Below are positions 37,725-48,031 of a stretch of DNA of 64,000 nucleotides, one piece after another. The translations under genes were made by a program, and so were the position numbers. The first letter of the stretch is position 1; the number at the start of each line of letters is the position of its first letter. The notes beneath the pieces were generated by a model. It did not search any database. It worked only from the letters and a program-made list of their open reading frames with translations, and was not told where the DNA came from. Source of the stretch: an uncultured virus (IMG/VR IMGVR_UViG_3300029705_003980) (Duplodnaviria > Heunggongvirae > Uroviricota > Caudoviricetes); IMG/VR virus record IMGVR_UViG_3300029705_003980; one strand, 5' to 3'.

Positions 37725-37760
37725 AAAACCCCACCTGACTTGTAGTTCAGATGGGGTTTG
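37725..37760. terminator. Hairpin between convergent genes
   Basis: AAACCCCACCTGA / TCAGATGGGGTTT. Confidence 0.7.
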
Positions 37761-37762
37761 CA

Positions 37763-38092
37763 TCAAAGATTATGTTTTTCTGCCCGGTGCTGTGCTATAT
37801 CGTAAACTTCATCATCGGCTCTTGCTCCTATAACAACAACGAGCATTTGACCATCGATTTTTACGAGTTTATACACGACACGGATACCTGCACTTTTGAG
37901 CTTAATTTTCAAAAATCCTGAAAGATTATTCCCTTGCTTGTTTCCAAGTGGTTTTCCATAACCGCCTTCGGATGCAGGCAGCGGATTTTCAAGAACCTTG
38001 TTGATTGCTTTTGTAACCATTATCTTTTGGTTTCCTGCAAGTTCAGCAAGGTCTTTTGCTGCTTCGGGTAGATAGCCGAGTTTCCATTTCAT
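37763..38092 (-). CDS. RelE/ParE-family toxin
   Basis: A.KDL..L, YGKPLG, IKL...GIRVVY, VVIGAR.D.EVY. Confidence 0.88.
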   Translation of the reverse strand: MKWKLGYLPEAAKDLAELAGNQKIMVTKAINKVLENPLPASEGGYGKPLGNKQGNNLSGFLKIKLKSAGIRVVYKLVKIDGQMLVVVIGARADDEVYDIAQHRAEKHNL

Positions 38093-38412
38093 TCAATTTC
38101 CACCTCGCCGATTGCATCCAAGTCTTCCTGTGTAATGCCAAGTTCCTTATACAGGTCTTCGGCAGCGATTACAGTAGAAGGGTCAAAGTGTGCCATACGC
38201 TCTGTTGCAACAGCAAGCAGGCGTGCGTCATTCACTTCATCCATAATGCGGATATATTCATCGGGAGCTAAAAGAACACATTCCGCTGCGTTGTTTTTCA
38301 TAACAACTTTAGCGCCAGTCTGCTTTACTTCCTCGAATATTTTTCCGGCAAGACCTCTGTTAAACAAGGAAATGGAAATTGTATCTTTGATTGCACTTGC
38401 GATATTAGCCAT
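38089..38412 (-). CDS. Phd/YefM-family antitoxin
   Basis: ISISLFNRG.AGKIFEEV...VVMKNN; own TTGACA(38462)-17-TATACT promoter. Confidence 0.88.
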   Translation of the reverse strand: MANIASAIKDTISISLFNRGLAGKIFEEVKQTGAKVVMKNNAAECVLLAPDEYIRIMDEVNDARLLAVATERMAHFDPSTVIAAEDLYKELGITQEDLDAIGEVEIE

Positions 38413-38578
38413 ATTGCTCACCTCCGTGATTATAGTATAACACAACAATAATAATTTGTCAATAGTTTTACTGATAAATACGCTGACAAACATATTGACA
38501 TTCTTATCAGTAATATTATATGCGTTTTCAAATGAAAATTGCAAGTAATTTTTGTAAATTTGAAAGGAGGCGGTTAAC

Positions 38579-41500
38579 ATGGCAGATGATTTTGGTTTCA
38601 AGATAGGTCTTGAAGGTGAAAAAGAATTCAAAAAAGCCTTATCTGATATTAATCAGTCTTTTAAGGTTCTCGGCTCGGAAATGAAGCTTGTGGAATCGCA
38701 GTTCACAAAGAACGATAATTCTGTAGAAGCATTAACGGCTCGAAACAAGGTTCTCGGTTCTGAAATTGATGCACAGAAAAGCAAAATCGAAACCTTAAGA
38801 GCTGCCCTTGAAAATGCTTCCTCTTCTTTCGGTGAAACTGACAGACGAACACAAAATTGGCAGATACAGTTAAATAATGCTCAAGCAGCCTTAAATGGTA
38901 TGGAGCGTGAACTTGATGCCAACAACAAAGCATTGGAACAAGCACAGCAAGAGCTGGATGATGCTGAAAACTCTGCTGATGAATTTGGCAATGAAGTCGA
39001 GGATGCCGGAAATCAAAGCGACGATGCGAAAGGTAAATTTGAGGGGTTGGGTACAGTATGTAAAGCGGCGGGAGCTATGATTGCAACTGCATTTACTGCT
39101 GTATCTGCTGCAGCAATCGCTGCCGGAAAGGCACTCGTTGATATGTCTGTCAATGGTGCTGCTTATGCCGATGAAGTATTGACAACTTCAACTCAAACAG
39201 GCATTGCAACCGATAAGCTCCAAGAATATATGTATGCCGCAGAACTTGTGGATGTTTCAACAGGAACTCTCACCAAATCTATGGCAAAACAGATAAAGAG
39301 TATGAAGGCTGTTCAAGACGGAACTAAACTCTCGGTTGAAGCCTATGATGCTCTTGGTGTTTCGGTACTTGATTCAAATGGCAAGATGCGTGATTCGGAC
39401 ACCGTGTATTGGGAGGTTATTGACGCTCTTGGCAAAATGGAAAATGAAACCGAGCGTGATGCCCTTGCAATGCAAATCCTCGGTAAATCAGCACAGGAAT
39501 TAAACCCACTTATTGAAGCAGGAGCTGACAAAATGACCGAGCTTGGCGAGCAAGCAAGAGCAGCCGGGTATGTTGTCAGCGAAGATATGCTTAATGCTTA
39601 TGGTGCCCTTGATGACCAGCTCCAATACTTAAATGTCGGTGCAACAGCCGCCAAGAATGCTCTCGGAACAGTTCTTCTTCCTGTGCTTACTGATTTGGCA
39701 GGAGAAGGTGTTGACTTGCTTGGTGAGTTTACAAACGGCATCCTCGCCGCCAATGGTGATATTGGGCAGATGTCAAATGTCATCGGTGAAATTCTTCCAA
39801 AAGCACTATCTTCGGTTATGGAGTACGTGCCGGAGCTATTAGAAATCATCGGTTCGATTGTCGGTTCGCTCGGTCAAGCAATAGTCGATAACCTTCCGCA
39901 GATAGTAAGCTCTGCTACGCAGATTATATTTGCTATTTTAAGTGGTCTTATAGAGGCTTTGCCTCAAATAACGGAAGGTGCTCTGCAATTAGTTCTTGCT
40001 CTTGTGAACGGACTTATTCAAAATCTACCAATGATACTTGAAGCCGCAGTTCAGATGATTGCAACTCTTGTAACGGGAATTGCAAATGCTCTACCGACTC
40101 TTATCCCGGCAGCAATTCAAGCCATTGTTACTGTAGTGCAGGGGTTGGTAAACAATCTGCCGATGATTTTGGATGCAGCTCTACAACTCATCACGGGACT
40201 CGCACAAGGTATTCTTAACGCACTCCCGGTTCTTATTGCTGCACTTCCTGAAATCATAAACGGCATCGTTACCTTCTTGGTAAATGCTATACCGCAGATT
40301 ATCCAGACAGGAATTCAGCTTTTAACATCACTTGTTCAGGCATTGCCGGAGATAATCACAGCGATTGTTCAGGCTATACCGCAGATTATTGAGAATATCA
40401 TCACAGCCGTAATGGAGGCTATACCCCTTATTGTTCAGGCGGGTATAGACTTGCTTGTTTCTTTAATTCAAGCATTGCCACAGATTATAACAACAATTGT
40501 TGGAGCTATTCCGCAGATTGTCGGTGGTCTTGTAAGTGCTATCGTTGGGAACATTGATAAGATAATTATGGCAGGGGTTCAACTTCTCGTCGCTTTGGTT
40601 CAGAATACACCGACTATTATTGTAGAAGTTGTAAAAGCAATACCCCAAATTATAAAAGGTCTTATTGATGCAATAATCAGTTTCGTACCGCAGATTGCCA
40701 ATGCCGGACTTAACCTTATCAAAGGATTATGGAATGGTATTTCAGATGCTGGCGAATGGTTATGGAACAAGATATCAGGTTTCTTTGGTGGTGTAATGGA
40801 TAAAATTAAGAACTTCTTCGGTATCCATTCACCTTCAACTGTATTTGCAAGTCTCGGTGGCTATATGGCGGAAGGTCTTGGACAAGGGTTCGGCAACGAA
40901 ATGGATGGTGTCGGAGATGATATGACTGAAGCTACAGCAGAGGCAGCAGACCTTACAGGCAAAAGTGCTGTTGAAGCTATCAAGAACGGCATCCTTAACA
41001 ATATGGAGATGCTTGATGAACCTATTTCAGAACTTGTTCTTCGCTTCGGTGAGCTTATGACAGAACTGTTTCCTGAAATAGCATCTCTTGGTGAAACAAC
41101 AGACAATGCAATCGCAGAAGGGATTGCGGAAAACAGCGAAAGCACAATTTTAGAGCAAATGCGTTTATTGGTGGAAAAAATAAAGGCGCTTTACTTATCC
41201 TTCCGTTCTCAGTTTATTGTAATCGGTCAGCAGATTATGGAAGGTATCGGAGAAGGTATTACATCACGTAGCTCGTGGCTTAACCGCTTGATGCAAAGTT
41301 ATATTCGAGAAATGAAACGCCGAGTTGAATCAATGCTTGGCATTCACTCTCCGTCTCGTGTCTTTGCAAAAATCGGTGGCTATATGGCTGAAGGTATGGG
41401 TGTCGGTTTTGAAAAGGAAATGAACACCGTCCGCAAGCAAATGGAAAATGCAATTCCCACAACACTTTCGAGTGTAGGTGGTCTTTCCACAGCCGACCTT

Positions 41501-41656
41501 GTAAACGGACTTGTCGGTGGTCTTTCACCCGTGCTTGCAGGAGCAAACGGCAAACCAATCGAACTCAAAGTTAACCTTGACGGAAAAACAGTCGCAAAGA
41601 CTGTGTTTGACCCGTTAAAGGATGTATCAAAGCAAAGGGGTGTTTCACTTGGATAA
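38579..41656 (+). CDS. Tail tape measure protein
   Basis: 1025 aa; GLEGEKEFK start, coiled coil, LPQII-type repeats, GIHSPS. Confidence 0.93.
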   Translation: MADDFGFKIGLEGEKEFKKALSDINQSFKVLGSEMKLVESQFTKNDNSVEALTARNKVLGSEIDAQKSKIETLRAALENASSSFGETDRRTQNWQIQLNNAQAALNGMERELDANNKALEQAQQELDDAENSADEFGNEVEDAGNQSDDAKGKFEGLGTVCKAAGAMIATAFTAVSAAAIAAGKALVDMSVNGAAYADEVLTTSTQTGIATDKLQEYMYAAELVDVSTGTLTKSMAKQIKSMKAVQDGTKLSVEAYDALGVSVLDSNGKMRDSDTVYWEVIDALGKMENETERDALAMQILGKSAQELNPLIEAGADKMTELGEQARAAGYVVSEDMLNAYGALDDQLQYLNVGATAAKNALGTVLLPVLTDLAGEGVDLLGEFTNGILAANGDIGQMSNVIGEILPKALSSVMEYVPELLEIIGSIVGSLGQAIVDNLPQIVSSATQIIFAILSGLIEALPQITEGALQLVLALVNGLIQNLPMILEAAVQMIATLVTGIANALPTLIPAAIQAIVTVVQGLVNNLPMILDAALQLITGLAQGILNALPVLIAALPEIINGIVTFLVNAIPQIIQTGIQLLTSLVQALPEIITAIVQAIPQIIENIITAVMEAIPLIVQAGIDLLVSLIQALPQIITTIVGAIPQIVGGLVSAIVGNIDKIIMAGVQLLVALVQNTPTIIVEVVKAIPQIIKGLIDAIISFVPQIANAGLNLIKGLWNGISDAGEWLWNKISGFFGGVMDKIKNFFGIHSPSTVFASLGGYMAEGLGQGFGNEMDGVGDDMTEATAEAADLTGKSAVEAIKNGILNNMEMLDEPISELVLRFGELMTELFPEIASLGETTDNAIAEGIAENSESTILEQMRLLVEKIKALYLSFRSQFIVIGQQIMEGIGEGITSRSSWLNRLMQSYIREMKRRVESMLGIHSPSRVFAKIGGYMAEGMGVGFEKEMNTVRKQMENAIPTTLSSVGGLSTADLVNGLVGGLSPVLAGANGKPIELKVNLDGKTVAKTVFDPLKDVSKQRGVSLG

Positions 41657-42023
41657 AATCAAAATATATAATTACGAAAAGACAAAATCCATCACGATGC
41701 CTCGAATTAAAGACATTACTGTCGGTGCTGAAGAGGAATCAAAAAAGACAACGATGGCTTCCGCAAAAATCGTAAAAGATGTAATCGGTTTTCGTCCCAC
41801 GGTCTCTGCATCGTGGGACTATGTTCCGGCTTCTACTATTACAGAGCTTATATCCCTCATCCGTCAAGGGACATTTCTTTGGGTGGAATATCCATCACCA
41901 ACAGGAGATACCGCCGGGTATTTTGACATTGAATACCCAAGCTGTAATGTTTTTTGCTATAAAAACGGAGTTGCAGTTTGGCACAATGTCTCTCTTGATA
42001 TGACCGCACAGGAGGTGGTTTAA
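41649..42023 (+). CDS. Distal tail (Dit-like) protein
   Basis: Directly after the tape measure gene; TTG start. Confidence 0.6.
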   Translation: MDKIKIYNYEKTKSITMPRIKDITVGAEEESKKTTMASAKIVKDVIGFRPTVSASWDYVPASTITELISLIRQGTFLWVEYPSPTGDTAGYFDIEYPSCNVFCYKNGVAVWHNVSLDMTAQEVV

Positions 42024-43564
42024 TGCTCGAAACGGCAAAAGGATATAATCCATACACAGACACGAGAAAATGCGGAATTATAGTAACCTTTGAAATGGTC
42101 GATGTTGATGCCGCAGAGACAACCATTCCTTCGGCTACGGATGAGTGTGAAATGTCAAAACTCCATCAAACCCACAACAGTCTTGAAGGTATGGCAAAAA
42201 AATATGCAATGCTTGAACGGGACTTTTGGAAACTTGACGGAACATATATTCTTCCGCAAAAAGACCTTGTACCCTATGAGCAAACGGGTTGGTGGAGCGA
42301 AAAAATATCAAATGAAAATGGCGTGTTTGAGGAGCATCCTATCCTGATTTTTGAGTGGGATTCACCTCAATCAAGTGTTGGTTTCACTTTGTTTTTTGAT
42401 GATGTTGCAAATCAATACCCGACCTCATTCCGAGTGACCGCTTACGATGAAAACGGACTCATTATAAAAAGGGCGATTGTTGAAAATAACTCCGTGAAAT
42501 GCGAGGTTAATGTTCCCATTGAAAACTATCGAAGGGTTGAATTTGAGATGCTTCAAACAAGCGAACCTAACCGTCGTGTAAGGCTTACAGAGGTTATCTT
42601 CGGAGTTATTCAAAGGTTTAATACAAGCAATGTGGTCTCGGCTTCCGTTGATTATGAGTTCTCACCAATAAGTGAGAGCCTTCCGACTTCCGAGTTCACC
42701 CTCACAATCGACAATGCGGATGCTTCTTGGAATATGGCAAACCCCAAAGGTGTATATGCATATCTTCAGCAAACGCAGCCGCTTGATGTATATTTCCAAA
42801 TCAATGGCGAAAGCGTGTTTATGGGCAGATATTTCTTTGCAAAAGCAAGTGCCGAGGACGATTCAATGACTGCAAAAATCACAGCCTACGATAAGGTTTA
42901 TTGGCTCGACTCCATAAAATATCGAGGCGGTGAGGATGGAACTTGGACTTTTGAACAGGCAATCTCGACTATAATCTCAAGCAGCGGTCTTGGTCTTACA
43001 TACACGATGAGTGATGAACTTGCAGGACGAGAAGTTATGCGTAGCCTTCCAAAAGAATGTTCTTGCCGTGAAGCAATCTGCCACCTTGCAATTGCAGCAC
43101 GCTGTTCGGTGCTTCTCGACAGAAATGCAAACCTTGTATTCTTTGACCCACTCATCGAAGCAAGAGCTGTTGATTCACTTGACTACGATGTAATGGCTAC
43201 TATGCCGAAGATTACTGTCGGTGAAAAAATAAATGCAGTCGAGCTTACTGTCAAGAATGAGTACACAGAGAAAGAAACCGTATGGTCAGCAACTGACAGT
43301 TCAATCGATGAAATTCCGCAAGTTTCAGAACACTCAAATCCTGTAAGTGCAGATGGAACATCAACAGCAGAGTGGCTTCTTGAAATGCTAAAGCGTAGAA
43401 TTTCTTATGCAGTTTCCGAGCGTGGCAATCCTGCCCGTGAAATTGGTGATTCAGTTATCATTTACGATGCCTATGGTGGTGCAAGAAAAGCTGTTGTAAC
43501 AAAGCAAAGTTTCAACTTTGATGGAGGTCTTTCTTGCGACACGGAGGTGAACGCAAATGGATAG
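42023..43564 (+). CDS. Minor tail/baseplate hub protein
   Basis: 513 aa; synteny; RGNPAREIGD. Confidence 0.65.
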   Translation: MLETAKGYNPYTDTRKCGIIVTFEMVDVDAAETTIPSATDECEMSKLHQTHNSLEGMAKKYAMLERDFWKLDGTYILPQKDLVPYEQTGWWSEKISNENGVFEEHPILIFEWDSPQSSVGFTLFFDDVANQYPTSFRVTAYDENGLIIKRAIVENNSVKCEVNVPIENYRRVEFEMLQTSEPNRRVRLTEVIFGVIQRFNTSNVVSASVDYEFSPISESLPTSEFTLTIDNADASWNMANPKGVYAYLQQTQPLDVYFQINGESVFMGRYFFAKASAEDDSMTAKITAYDKVYWLDSIKYRGGEDGTWTFEQAISTIISSSGLGLTYTMSDELAGREVMRSLPKECSCREAICHLAIAARCSVLLDRNANLVFFDPLIEARAVDSLDYDVMATMPKITVGEKINAVELTVKNEYTEKETVWSATDSSIDEIPQVSEHSNPVSADGTSTAEWLLEMLKRRISYAVSERGNPAREIGDSVIIYDAYGGARKAVVTKQSFNFDGGLSCDTEVNANG

Positions 43565-43940
43565 TTTGATTTACAACCGAGAAACCCCAGTGCCTTTGAA
43601 CTTTGAAGACCTTAACCGCATTGAGAGTTGGACGCAGATGCTTGCGGATTATTTAAACACATATGATTATGCAGTTGTGGTTTTCACAAGAGAATGGTTG
43701 CAGTCGGACATCCCGTGGCAGGATGAAATTGACCGAATCAGAAAGAACATTGAAAAGCTGTACAAGGCTTATCACTATCTCCCAGAATGGAAAGAAATCA
43801 CCTATACAAACAGCTTTGATTACTACCAAATAAATGTACTTGAGTGGGACTTGCAAACAATATACACTTGGCTTAACCGCATGGTGTCAATTTTTTGGCA
43901 CTCTGCGGAATTTTATTGTAACGAAGGAGGGATTGCATGA
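43557..43940 (+). CDS. Tail-associated hypothetical protein
   Basis: LNFEDLNRIE motif; coupled starts and stops. Confidence 0.65.
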   Translation: MDSLIYNRETPVPLNFEDLNRIESWTQMLADYLNTYDYAVVVFTREWLQSDIPWQDEIDRIRKNIEKLYKAYHYLPEWKEITYTNSFDYYQINVLEWDLQTIYTWLNRMVSIFWHSAEFYCNEGGIA

Positions 43941-44428
43941 TTGAAGTAAAAGACAGAATTCCGAAAAAACCGAACCGAATATTGATTACTCCTGAAAACG
44001 GCTCTGCTCCTTTTTATGCTACTTGGCAAAGAGCCGATGAGCCGATTGAGGAAGGCACACCCATAAACAAAGTCCTTTTTGACAGTATTGAGGAGGGTGG
44101 CTTTTCCTTCACAGGAGTTGATGATATAGAAATTGAAGCACAGAAAATCACAACAAATGCCGAATGGACAACGGTCAAATTCAATCGACCTTTTTCCGGC
44201 ATTCCTCGAATTTTCACCGCAACTCAAGGCACATATATTGTTGCCGTAAAAAACATCACGAGAACGAGCTGTCAAATAGCCGTATATTCACCAACAACCT
44301 ATGCAGGTTATGTTGCAGCTTCTTCAGGCGGAAGTTGTAATAAAAGCGTTAGTATTGTTAACGGCTTTGAATTTGCGTCGGTTTCGGTTGATGTGCTTAT
44401 AGTTTACGATGGAGGTGTTAACTTATGA
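43937..44428 (+). CDS. Tail-fibre-associated protein
   Basis: KDRIP..PNR and ADEPIEEGTPINK. Confidence 0.65.
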   Translation: MIEVKDRIPKKPNRILITPENGSAPFYATWQRADEPIEEGTPINKVLFDSIEEGGFSFTGVDDIEIEAQKITTNAEWTTVKFNRPFSGIPRIFTATQGTYIVAVKNITRTSCQIAVYSPTTYAGYVAASSGGSCNKSVSIVNGFEFASVSVDVLIVYDGGVNL

Positions 44429-46116
44429 TTCCGCTTTTGCAGAATGATTATTATAAATATTTGCAGATGTTCCGTGGGAACTACCTCAAAGGAGCATCTC
44501 TTTTAAGGTCTTTACTTAATGACCCAACAACCCGTGAACAGCTACTTGTAAACCTCCCGGCTTTGTCTGCTATCTTTACTGACTTTTCAAAGACCGAAGC
44601 GAATAAGCTCTGCTACGAGATTCTTTCAGAAAAAAGCTACTATGAGGATGCATTGATGTTTTACCTTCGTGGCATTGAAGCAACCACGCACCAAACTGTA
44701 GAGGAACTGTTAAACGATGAGGACAATGTGATTGCTTTACTTAAGAATACTGAACTTGAACCATTGTTCCAAGAAAATGTGGAACTGTACAATCGAGCTT
44801 TAAAGAAGCAAGCAACACTTGATGAATTAAAAAAGCCTGAAAATATTGATGTTTTGCTTGATGGTCAAGTTCTTGATTTGCTTTCTGCCATTTCACAAAG
44901 AACAAGCACAAATATTTACACATCCTACAACACCTACTACAACTCTTTTGATGGGGACACTTGCGAATTCGATGCCAATGAATACTATTACGACTCTTAT
45001 CCTATTTATGATTGGATGATTGTAGACGAGGAAACAGAGCAAGTATTTCTCCCTGCATATCTTCGCACAAGACTAAACTCCGCATCAACCTATTATTACT
45101 ATCCGGCAGTTTATAAATACGACATCCCGACAAAAACTTGGTCATTGCTTCATGTTGCAGAGACCACTACGAAAATTACGGATTCCACGAAAGCAACCAA
45201 AGCTGTCGCATATGACCCAGAAGAAGATTTACTGTATATGTTCTATCGTCCGAACACAACCGTTCAGATGTATTGCGACATTATACGAGCAAGCACAGGA
45301 GTTGCTATTATGACGGCTATCGATGTGGGAAGTGTTGGAAGCACATCGTATATGACACCTTTTTATTGTTGCTTCGACAAAGAAAATAAGGTGGCAAAGT
45401 ATGTGTGGGCGGCAGGTGCAGTAAGCTCCACTAACTCTACCTATGGTTGGCTTTATGGTTGTTCGGTCGGAAAAAATGGTCTTGTTTGGCAAGGTATTGT
45501 TGCTACACCGAAAAGCGAAAGAACAAGCTATTCGAGTGAAATGCAGGCAGTCAATTATCCGTACAAAATGTCCTGCCCTAAAGGTGCTTATGTCTGTGCT
45601 TTTTCAAACACGAGCAATTCCTCTACGGCTTGTACCCTCGGATTTGTTGTTCATTCCGGCACAAAGATGGTTGCTAAATATTTGGAAATTGCCGCAAATA
45701 CCGATTATTCAAATATGTATAGTCCATCCTCACAAATGGTCACCGAGGACGGTTTGCTTTATATGTACTTTAATAAAGCCACTTATAAAAGCAGCACCTA
45801 CAATGTTGTACTTGTGATTGACATTGAAAGTGCAAAAATCGTAAAAGAATACACCTCTTCAACTTCTTATACTTACACTCTTTACCTTTCATCTCTTTTG
45901 AAGAAGGGTGGCTTTTTGAATTCGCAAGAAGGGTCGCTATACACATTTGTTGGAAAGGATGGAAATGGGAAAGCTGTGGAATGCCAAATTGACCATTTGC
46001 CTTCAATTTTCACAACCGAACAGCATCGCCCGTGGGGTACTGAAAGGTACAAGATATATCCACAAAGCAGTTCCTCTTGGACTTTGTACGATTACAAAGG
46101 AGGTTTTGTCGAATGA
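44425..46116 (+). CDS. Putative receptor-binding/tail protein
   Basis: 563 aa; helical N-terminus, S/T/Y-rich beta C-terminus. Confidence 0.55.
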   Translation: MIPLLQNDYYKYLQMFRGNYLKGASLLRSLLNDPTTREQLLVNLPALSAIFTDFSKTEANKLCYEILSEKSYYEDALMFYLRGIEATTHQTVEELLNDEDNVIALLKNTELEPLFQENVELYNRALKKQATLDELKKPENIDVLLDGQVLDLLSAISQRTSTNIYTSYNTYYNSFDGDTCEFDANEYYYDSYPIYDWMIVDEETEQVFLPAYLRTRLNSASTYYYYPAVYKYDIPTKTWSLLHVAETTTKITDSTKATKAVAYDPEEDLLYMFYRPNTTVQMYCDIIRASTGVAIMTAIDVGSVGSTSYMTPFYCCFDKENKVAKYVWAAGAVSSTNSTYGWLYGCSVGKNGLVWQGIVATPKSERTSYSSEMQAVNYPYKMSCPKGAYVCAFSNTSNSSTACTLGFVVHSGTKMVAKYLEIAANTDYSNMYSPSSQMVTEDGLLYMYFNKATYKSSTYNVVLVIDIESAKIVKEYTSSTSYTYTLYLSSLLKKGGFLNSQEGSLYTFVGKDGNGKAVECQIDHLPSIFTTEQHRPWGTERYKIYPQSSSSWTLYDYKGGFVE

Positions 46117-46802
46117 AATTAAATGGAATTAAATGTACGAATTACACCGCCGGGGAGCTATTCTCGGCGGTTATTTATGAGACAGATACAGAAGCAATAA
46201 AAGCCATTGACCCGGAACGGCTCATAGTTCAGGCAGATGATGGAACTGCTATAGAAGAGTTTACCGCTTACGGTAGGCTCTTTTCTGTTAAGCACAACCT
46301 TGTGGATGAAACCTATGTTGTGGAATTTTCAAAAGTTACGGGGACAGAGAAAAAGCTATCCGAGATTGAGGAGTTCGGCAAACAGCTCGGAGCAAAAATC
46401 GATGAATCAAAGAATGTTACGACCATTGTCTTTGCTGCTCTCGCACACAACGAAACCCTCGATGATGTAACCATTACAGAACACGCTGACATTTTTCCGA
46501 AATGGGACGAAAATTGGACGGGCAAAAAAGGAACTATCGTCCGTGATGGAAACACCCTTTATCGTTCTATTCACGATGTCGGTAAAGGTCAGAATGTTAA
46601 ACCCTCCGATAATCCGTCTATGTGGACACCTATCGGAGACCCTCGTGAGGAGTTCCCAAAGTGGAGTCAACCGCTTGGAGCACATGATGCTTATGCTCTC
46701 GGTGACAAAGCTTTACACAATAATAAAAAATGGATTTCAACCGTGGACGGTAACTGTTGGGAACCGGGTGTCTATGGTTGGGACGAATACAAGGAGGACT
46801 AA
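46113..46802 (+). CDS. Protein with C-terminal carbohydrate-binding (CBM5/12-like) modules
   Basis: WSQPLGAHDAY..GD...HN.K.W.S..D.N.WEPGVYGW. Confidence 0.75.
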   Translation: MKLNGIKCTNYTAGELFSAVIYETDTEAIKAIDPERLIVQADDGTAIEEFTAYGRLFSVKHNLVDETYVVEFSKVTGTEKKLSEIEEFGKQLGAKIDESKNVTTIVFAALAHNETLDDVTITEHADIFPKWDENWTGKKGTIVRDGNTLYRSIHDVGKGQNVKPSDNPSMWTPIGDPREEFPKWSQPLGAHDAYALGDKALHNNKKWISTVDGNCWEPGVYGWDEYKED

Positions 46803-46805
46803 CCT

Positions 46806-47207
46806 ATGGAAAAAATCAAACTGTTTTTTGCAGCAATCGGCACGGCTCTTTCGTATGTTTTCGGAGGTATGGACACAATGCTCACCATCCTCATTGTCTT
46901 TATGACCATTGATTTTATCAGCGGCTTCACAAAGGCTTGGGCATTGAAAGAGTTTGATTCAAGCAAGTTTTACATCGGTGGTGTTAAAAAGTTCGGCATT
47001 CTGCTTATCGTGGCTGTTGCATCTCTGCTTGACAACATCATCCACATTGACAGCGTGGCTCTGCGAACTGTGGCTATCTCTTACTACATCGCAAATGAAG
47101 GCTTTTCCATTCTTGAGAATTGGGGTGCTTTGGGACTTCCGCTTCCGAAAGCCATCAAGAGTGCTCTTGCAAAGTTGAGAAAGGATGAGGACGATGAATC
47201 TGAATAA
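46806..47207 (+). CDS. Holin (phage_holin_4 type)
   Basis: Hydrophobic helices; YIANEGFSILEN...GLPLP. Confidence 0.92.
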   Translation: MEKIKLFFAAIGTALSYVFGGMDTMLTILIVFMTIDFISGFTKAWALKEFDSSKFYIGGVKKFGILLIVAVASLLDNIIHIDSVALRTVAISYYIANEGFSILENWGALGLPLPKAIKSALAKLRKDEDDESE

Positions 47208-47919
47208 GCTGTTTCTCACACAGAATAACTGCTACAAAGCCGGAAAGAAAATTACCGTCAAAGGTATTATGGTTCATTCAACGGGTGCAAACAACCCGTG
47301 GCTGAAGCGTTATCTCCCGGATGATGGAAAAATCGGTGTAAATAAGTACGGAAATCATTGGAACACACCACTTCCCGGTGGAAAGCAAGTGTGCGTTCAC
47401 GGCTTCATCGGAAAGCTCGCTGATGGTTCGGTCGCATCCTACCAATGTCTGCCGTGGAATCACAGAGGTTGGCACGCAGGCGGTTCTGCAAATAACACTC
47501 ATATCGGGTTTGAGATTTGCGAGGACGGACTGACCGATGTTACATATTTCAATGCGGTGTACAAGGAAGCTGTCGAGCTTTGTGCATACCTTTGCAAAGA
47601 ATACGGTCTTACAGAAAAGGACATCATCTGTCATTCGGAGGGATATAAAAAAGGCATTGCTTCCAACCACGGCGATGTTATGCATTGGTTTCCAAAGCAC
47701 GGCAAGAGTATGGACACTTTCAGATCTGATGTTGCAAAAATGCTGAAAGCAGATACTGCAATTACTGAACTGACGACCATCAACGATATTGTCTGGGAGC
47801 TTTCCCATCGTGGCATCATTACAAATACGGAGCTGTGGCTGAAGAAACTCGAAGAAGATTCTAACAGCTATTGGCTTGCGAGAAAGACCGCAAACTATCT
47901 GCGACAAAATAATATTTGA
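47194..47919 (+). CDS. Endolysin, N-acetylmuramoyl-L-alanine amidase
   Basis: IMVHST, WHAGG, IGFEICE, IICHSE. Confidence 0.92.
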   Translation: MNLNKLFLTQNNCYKAGKKITVKGIMVHSTGANNPWLKRYLPDDGKIGVNKYGNHWNTPLPGGKQVCVHGFIGKLADGSVASYQCLPWNHRGWHAGGSANNTHIGFEICEDGLTDVTYFNAVYKEAVELCAYLCKEYGLTEKDIICHSEGYKKGIASNHGDVMHWFPKHGKSMDTFRSDVAKMLKADTAITELTTINDIVWELSHRGIITNTELWLKKLEEDSNSYWLARKTANYLRQNNI

Positions 47920-47923
47920 CACT

Positions 47924-47963
47924 TAAGCCTGTAGGGATTTTTCCTTGCAGGCTTATTTTTTTT
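47924..47963 (+). terminator. Intrinsic terminator after the lysis module
   Basis: TAAGCCTGTAGGG / CCTTGCAGGCTTA followed by T8. Confidence 0.85.
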
Positions 47964-47975
47964 GCTATTTTTGAA

Positions 47976-48021
47976 AAAACACCCCGCCAAAACACCTCTT
48001 AAATGTCGGTACTCCGAAAGG
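47976..48021 (+). promoter_or_regulatory. Bipartite motif, copy 2
   Basis: Matches 10745-10790. Confidence 0.75.
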
Positions 48022-48031
48022 AGTGCTTTGA

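Noticed and set aside
38413..38631. 180-aa version of the antitoxin ORF
   Set aside because: The extension overlaps the promoter and tape measure start; GGAGGTG supports ATG 38412
28146..46802. Diversity-generating retroelement targeting the fibre genes
   Set aside because: No reverse transcriptase and no template/variable repeat pair seen
47278..47922. 214-aa minus-strand ORF
   Set aside because: Antisense shadow of the endolysin gene
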